Shown in pieces: positions 61,628 to 64,000 of a stretch of DNA of 64,000 bases (positions are counted from its first letter, which is position 1; each line of letters begins with the position of its first letter). The DNA comes from Balamuthia mandrillaris (taxonomy: Eukaryota), in NCBI GenBank assembly GCA_031835245.2, contig JAVKOQ020000050.1, positions 124,001-188,000 on the forward strand, in the 5' to 3' direction. A model generated the notes under the pieces. It had not been told where the DNA came from, searched no databases, and was given only the letters and a program-made list of their open reading frames with translations. The position numbers and the translations under genes are program-made.

Positions 61628-61728
61628 AGAGAAGAGAACGACGAAGAGAAGAGAACGACGAAGAGAAGAGAACGACGAAGAGAAGAGAACGACGAAGAGA
61701 AGAGAACGACGAAGAGAACGACGAAGAG
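61628..61728. repeat. 17-bp minisatellite (GAAGAGAACGACGAAGA), about 5-6 copies
   Basis: Seen directly in the sequence, intergenic. Confidence 0.85.
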
Positions 61729-61838
61729 AGGAGAGGAGAGATTTTACAAACAATTTTTGTTTAAAGAAAGACAGAAAGAGAGAGAGCTCATCATGATTCA
61801 CCTTCTTCTTCTTCCTCCTCCTCTATCTTCTCCTTGGC

Positions 61839-64000
61839 TCACTTGGCTCTGTTGTTGTTAATGGAAGAAGGAGCGCCGCTGCCCCAGGCAGCCGCCGGCG
61901 GGATGATGATCCTTTTGGACCCTGCTCTGCCTGCTCCTCCTCCGCTGCTGCTGCTAACGCCCTGGCTGTAGACGGGGTGGGCCACCGACAGACGTGCCGC
62001 TTGGCTGGAGTTCACGCTGCTCGAGGCTCCACCTCGTCCTCCTCCCCAGGCGGAGGAGGAAGGGGCGCTCCTGTTCAACCTCTCCGTAGAGACGACGCCC
62101 TTCCTGGCGGCCTCCTCCAGGGCTTGCTCGGTGAGGTCGCTGGCATCGCTGATCTCCAGGCTGCCTTTGAGGAGGAAGTTGGTGTGGCCGTTGAGAGCGC
62201 GCTGGGCAGATGTGGGGATGCTTGGCTTGGCGGTGGAGTACACCATGCGGAGCTTTGGCGGACAACCCTCCGGGCAACAGTAGATGAATGCTGTTGTGGT
62301 TTGTTATAAGAGACGAGCGAGTGAGAAGAAAAAGACGAAGAAGAAGAACAAGAAGAGAAGAAGGGAACAAGAAAAAGAAGGACGAAGAGAATGATGATGA
62401 AACCGAAGAACAAGAAGAAGTAACGTACAAAGTGTTTTGGAGGCAGCAGGAGAGGATTGGTAAGAGTTTGAGACAGAGGATGGAGAATTCTTGCGATAGA
62501 AGTAGAAACGAGGTTCAGAGGAGACGATGTTGGCTTGCAGCTCGCTGGGTTGAATGGTTTTGGTTTCCACCACTTCCACAGCGTCCTTTTGTTCGCTTAT
62601 TTTCTGCATAAAGAAAGAAAGGAAGAGGCGACAAGAAAGAAAAGATAAGAGGAAAAGCGAAAGCGAAGGAGAAAGACGAAAGGAAGAAAGAGGAATTGAG
62701 AGACTCAAGTACAAAAGAAAAACAAAGGGACAGTCATTTTTTCAAAAAATAGGTACCAGCTGAATCCAGTTTGCTGACCCGTCAACAAGCGTGCGCAATG
62801 CAGCAGTGGCTTCCTCGTTGAATGGGATGGTTACGGTGTGGAAGCCACTGGACTTGCTGTTGGAGTGAGAGTTGATTTCTTGGGCACGTGAAGAGTACTC
62901 CTTCCTTGCTTCGTTTTCCATTTGGTTCTGTGAGAGAAAGAGACGAAGTGAACAAAAAGCATGAAGAACGAAATGAAATAAGGAATAAGCAGGGATAGAA
63001 GGGACAAGAGAAGGAGAAGGAGAAGAAGAAGAAGAAGAAGAAGAAGAAGAAGAAGAAAGAAGAAGAACAAGAAGAACAAGAAGAAGAACGAAGAAGAAGA
63101 AGCACAAGGACCAGCAGAAACAGAAGCAGAGAGTAGAAAGAAGAATGCAGAATGGAGAAAACGGAAAGAAGAACAAAGAGAAGAACAGAAGAAGATAAAT
63201 GTACCAAAGCGCTAACAGCAATCTCCTTGTCACTATAGCATCCTTCAACAGATTTGCTTCCTTTGAACGCAGCCCACGATAACTCTCCCTGTTTTTATTG
63301 TTCACAAACGGGAGTGTTTGTTTTTGCGTAAGAGAAAGAAAGAAGAACAAAAGCAATAAAGAGCAGCAGTTCGGTGCAAAACGAAAGCATAGAGGGAGAG
63401 CGAAACGAACCGGAATGTTGGCATGCAGCTCTTGTACAAAGGAGTTCGTGCCCAGTTCCTCCCTCAGTCGTGACTAAGACCATACCAACCAAAAGAACAT
63501 AAGAAAGAGGACTAAACAAAACCAAATAAATGCAAACCCCAAAGGTTTGTGTTGTGTCCGATTCTAACCTTACTTGCAGCATACACCATTTTTTGGCTCA
63601 CCTGTTTCATAGCAGCTTTCAAAGTGAGGATAGCGGATAGCAAAGAGAGGAAAGAAAAGCAAACGAACGACAAGAAAGGAAGACGACAAGAAAGAAAAAA
63701 CGACAAGAAAAAGGTGAAATGTACCGAAATGGTGTCAGGAACATAGCTGACCAACAACCAGCCCACCGGAGAGGTCACTTTGACCAACAGATAGCAAGGC
63801 TTGTCCTCCTCCACCATCGTCTTCAGCTTGTCGAAATGTATGCAACGGTAGCCAGAGTAAAGGCACAAAAACAACAAAGAAACGAAACTCTATGCATAGA
63901 AGAGGAAGGATGAAAGAGAAAAAATTTGGTTAGAAAAAAAAGGATATCAGCAGACTCTACTCCAAGTGGCATGGTTCCAGTTTGTGTGATGGTCTCTGCC
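61839..64000 (-). CDS. Twinfilin-like protein (two ADF-H domains); 5' end lies beyond the window
   Basis: Spliced motifs KPCYLL, WLLVSYVPD...KMVYAASKSRLREELG, NWIQLKI, EPRFYFY and FIYCCPEGCPPKLRMVYSTAK. Confidence 0.85.

Overview
A gene-dense, intron-rich eukaryotic window with about 22 protein-coding genes. It has GT-AG introns packed with CT/CTT/GAA microsatellites and poly-Ser/poly-Glu exons. The style and gene set suggest a free-living amoebozoan (Balamuthia/Acanthamoeba-like); this is an inference. Most genes are recognisable housekeeping genes: F-box/MORN, ACAP-type ArfGAP, FKBP12, F-box/Kelch, RNA Pol I RPA2, NDUFA8, a CLU-domain protein, a GBBH-like dioxygenase, a methyltransferase, ADAT1, 14-3-3, PYROXD2, an NCS/CBL-type EF-hand protein, USP16/45, a mid-SUN protein and a twinfilin-like protein. 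The most unusual feature is a roughly 3-kb cassette at 45.4-48.3 kb. It contains a bacterial-type ParA/Soj ATPase whose ATPase domain is intronless and is spliced to a basic, NLS-like tail exon. Next to it lie three 51-bp palindromic tandem repeats and a divergent orphan ORF with a basic C-terminus, a layout resembling a partition module. Other points of interest: an eIF4E-family protein with a probable C-terminal membrane anchor that lacks the eIF4G-binding Trp; inverted intronless paralogs of a secreted DUF4397-like protein that share a promoter motif with a third, off-window gene; a plant-type FKBP12; and GTCGAC clusters in promoters. CDS coordinates span start to stop and include introns; exon structures were read by eye and no database searches were run.
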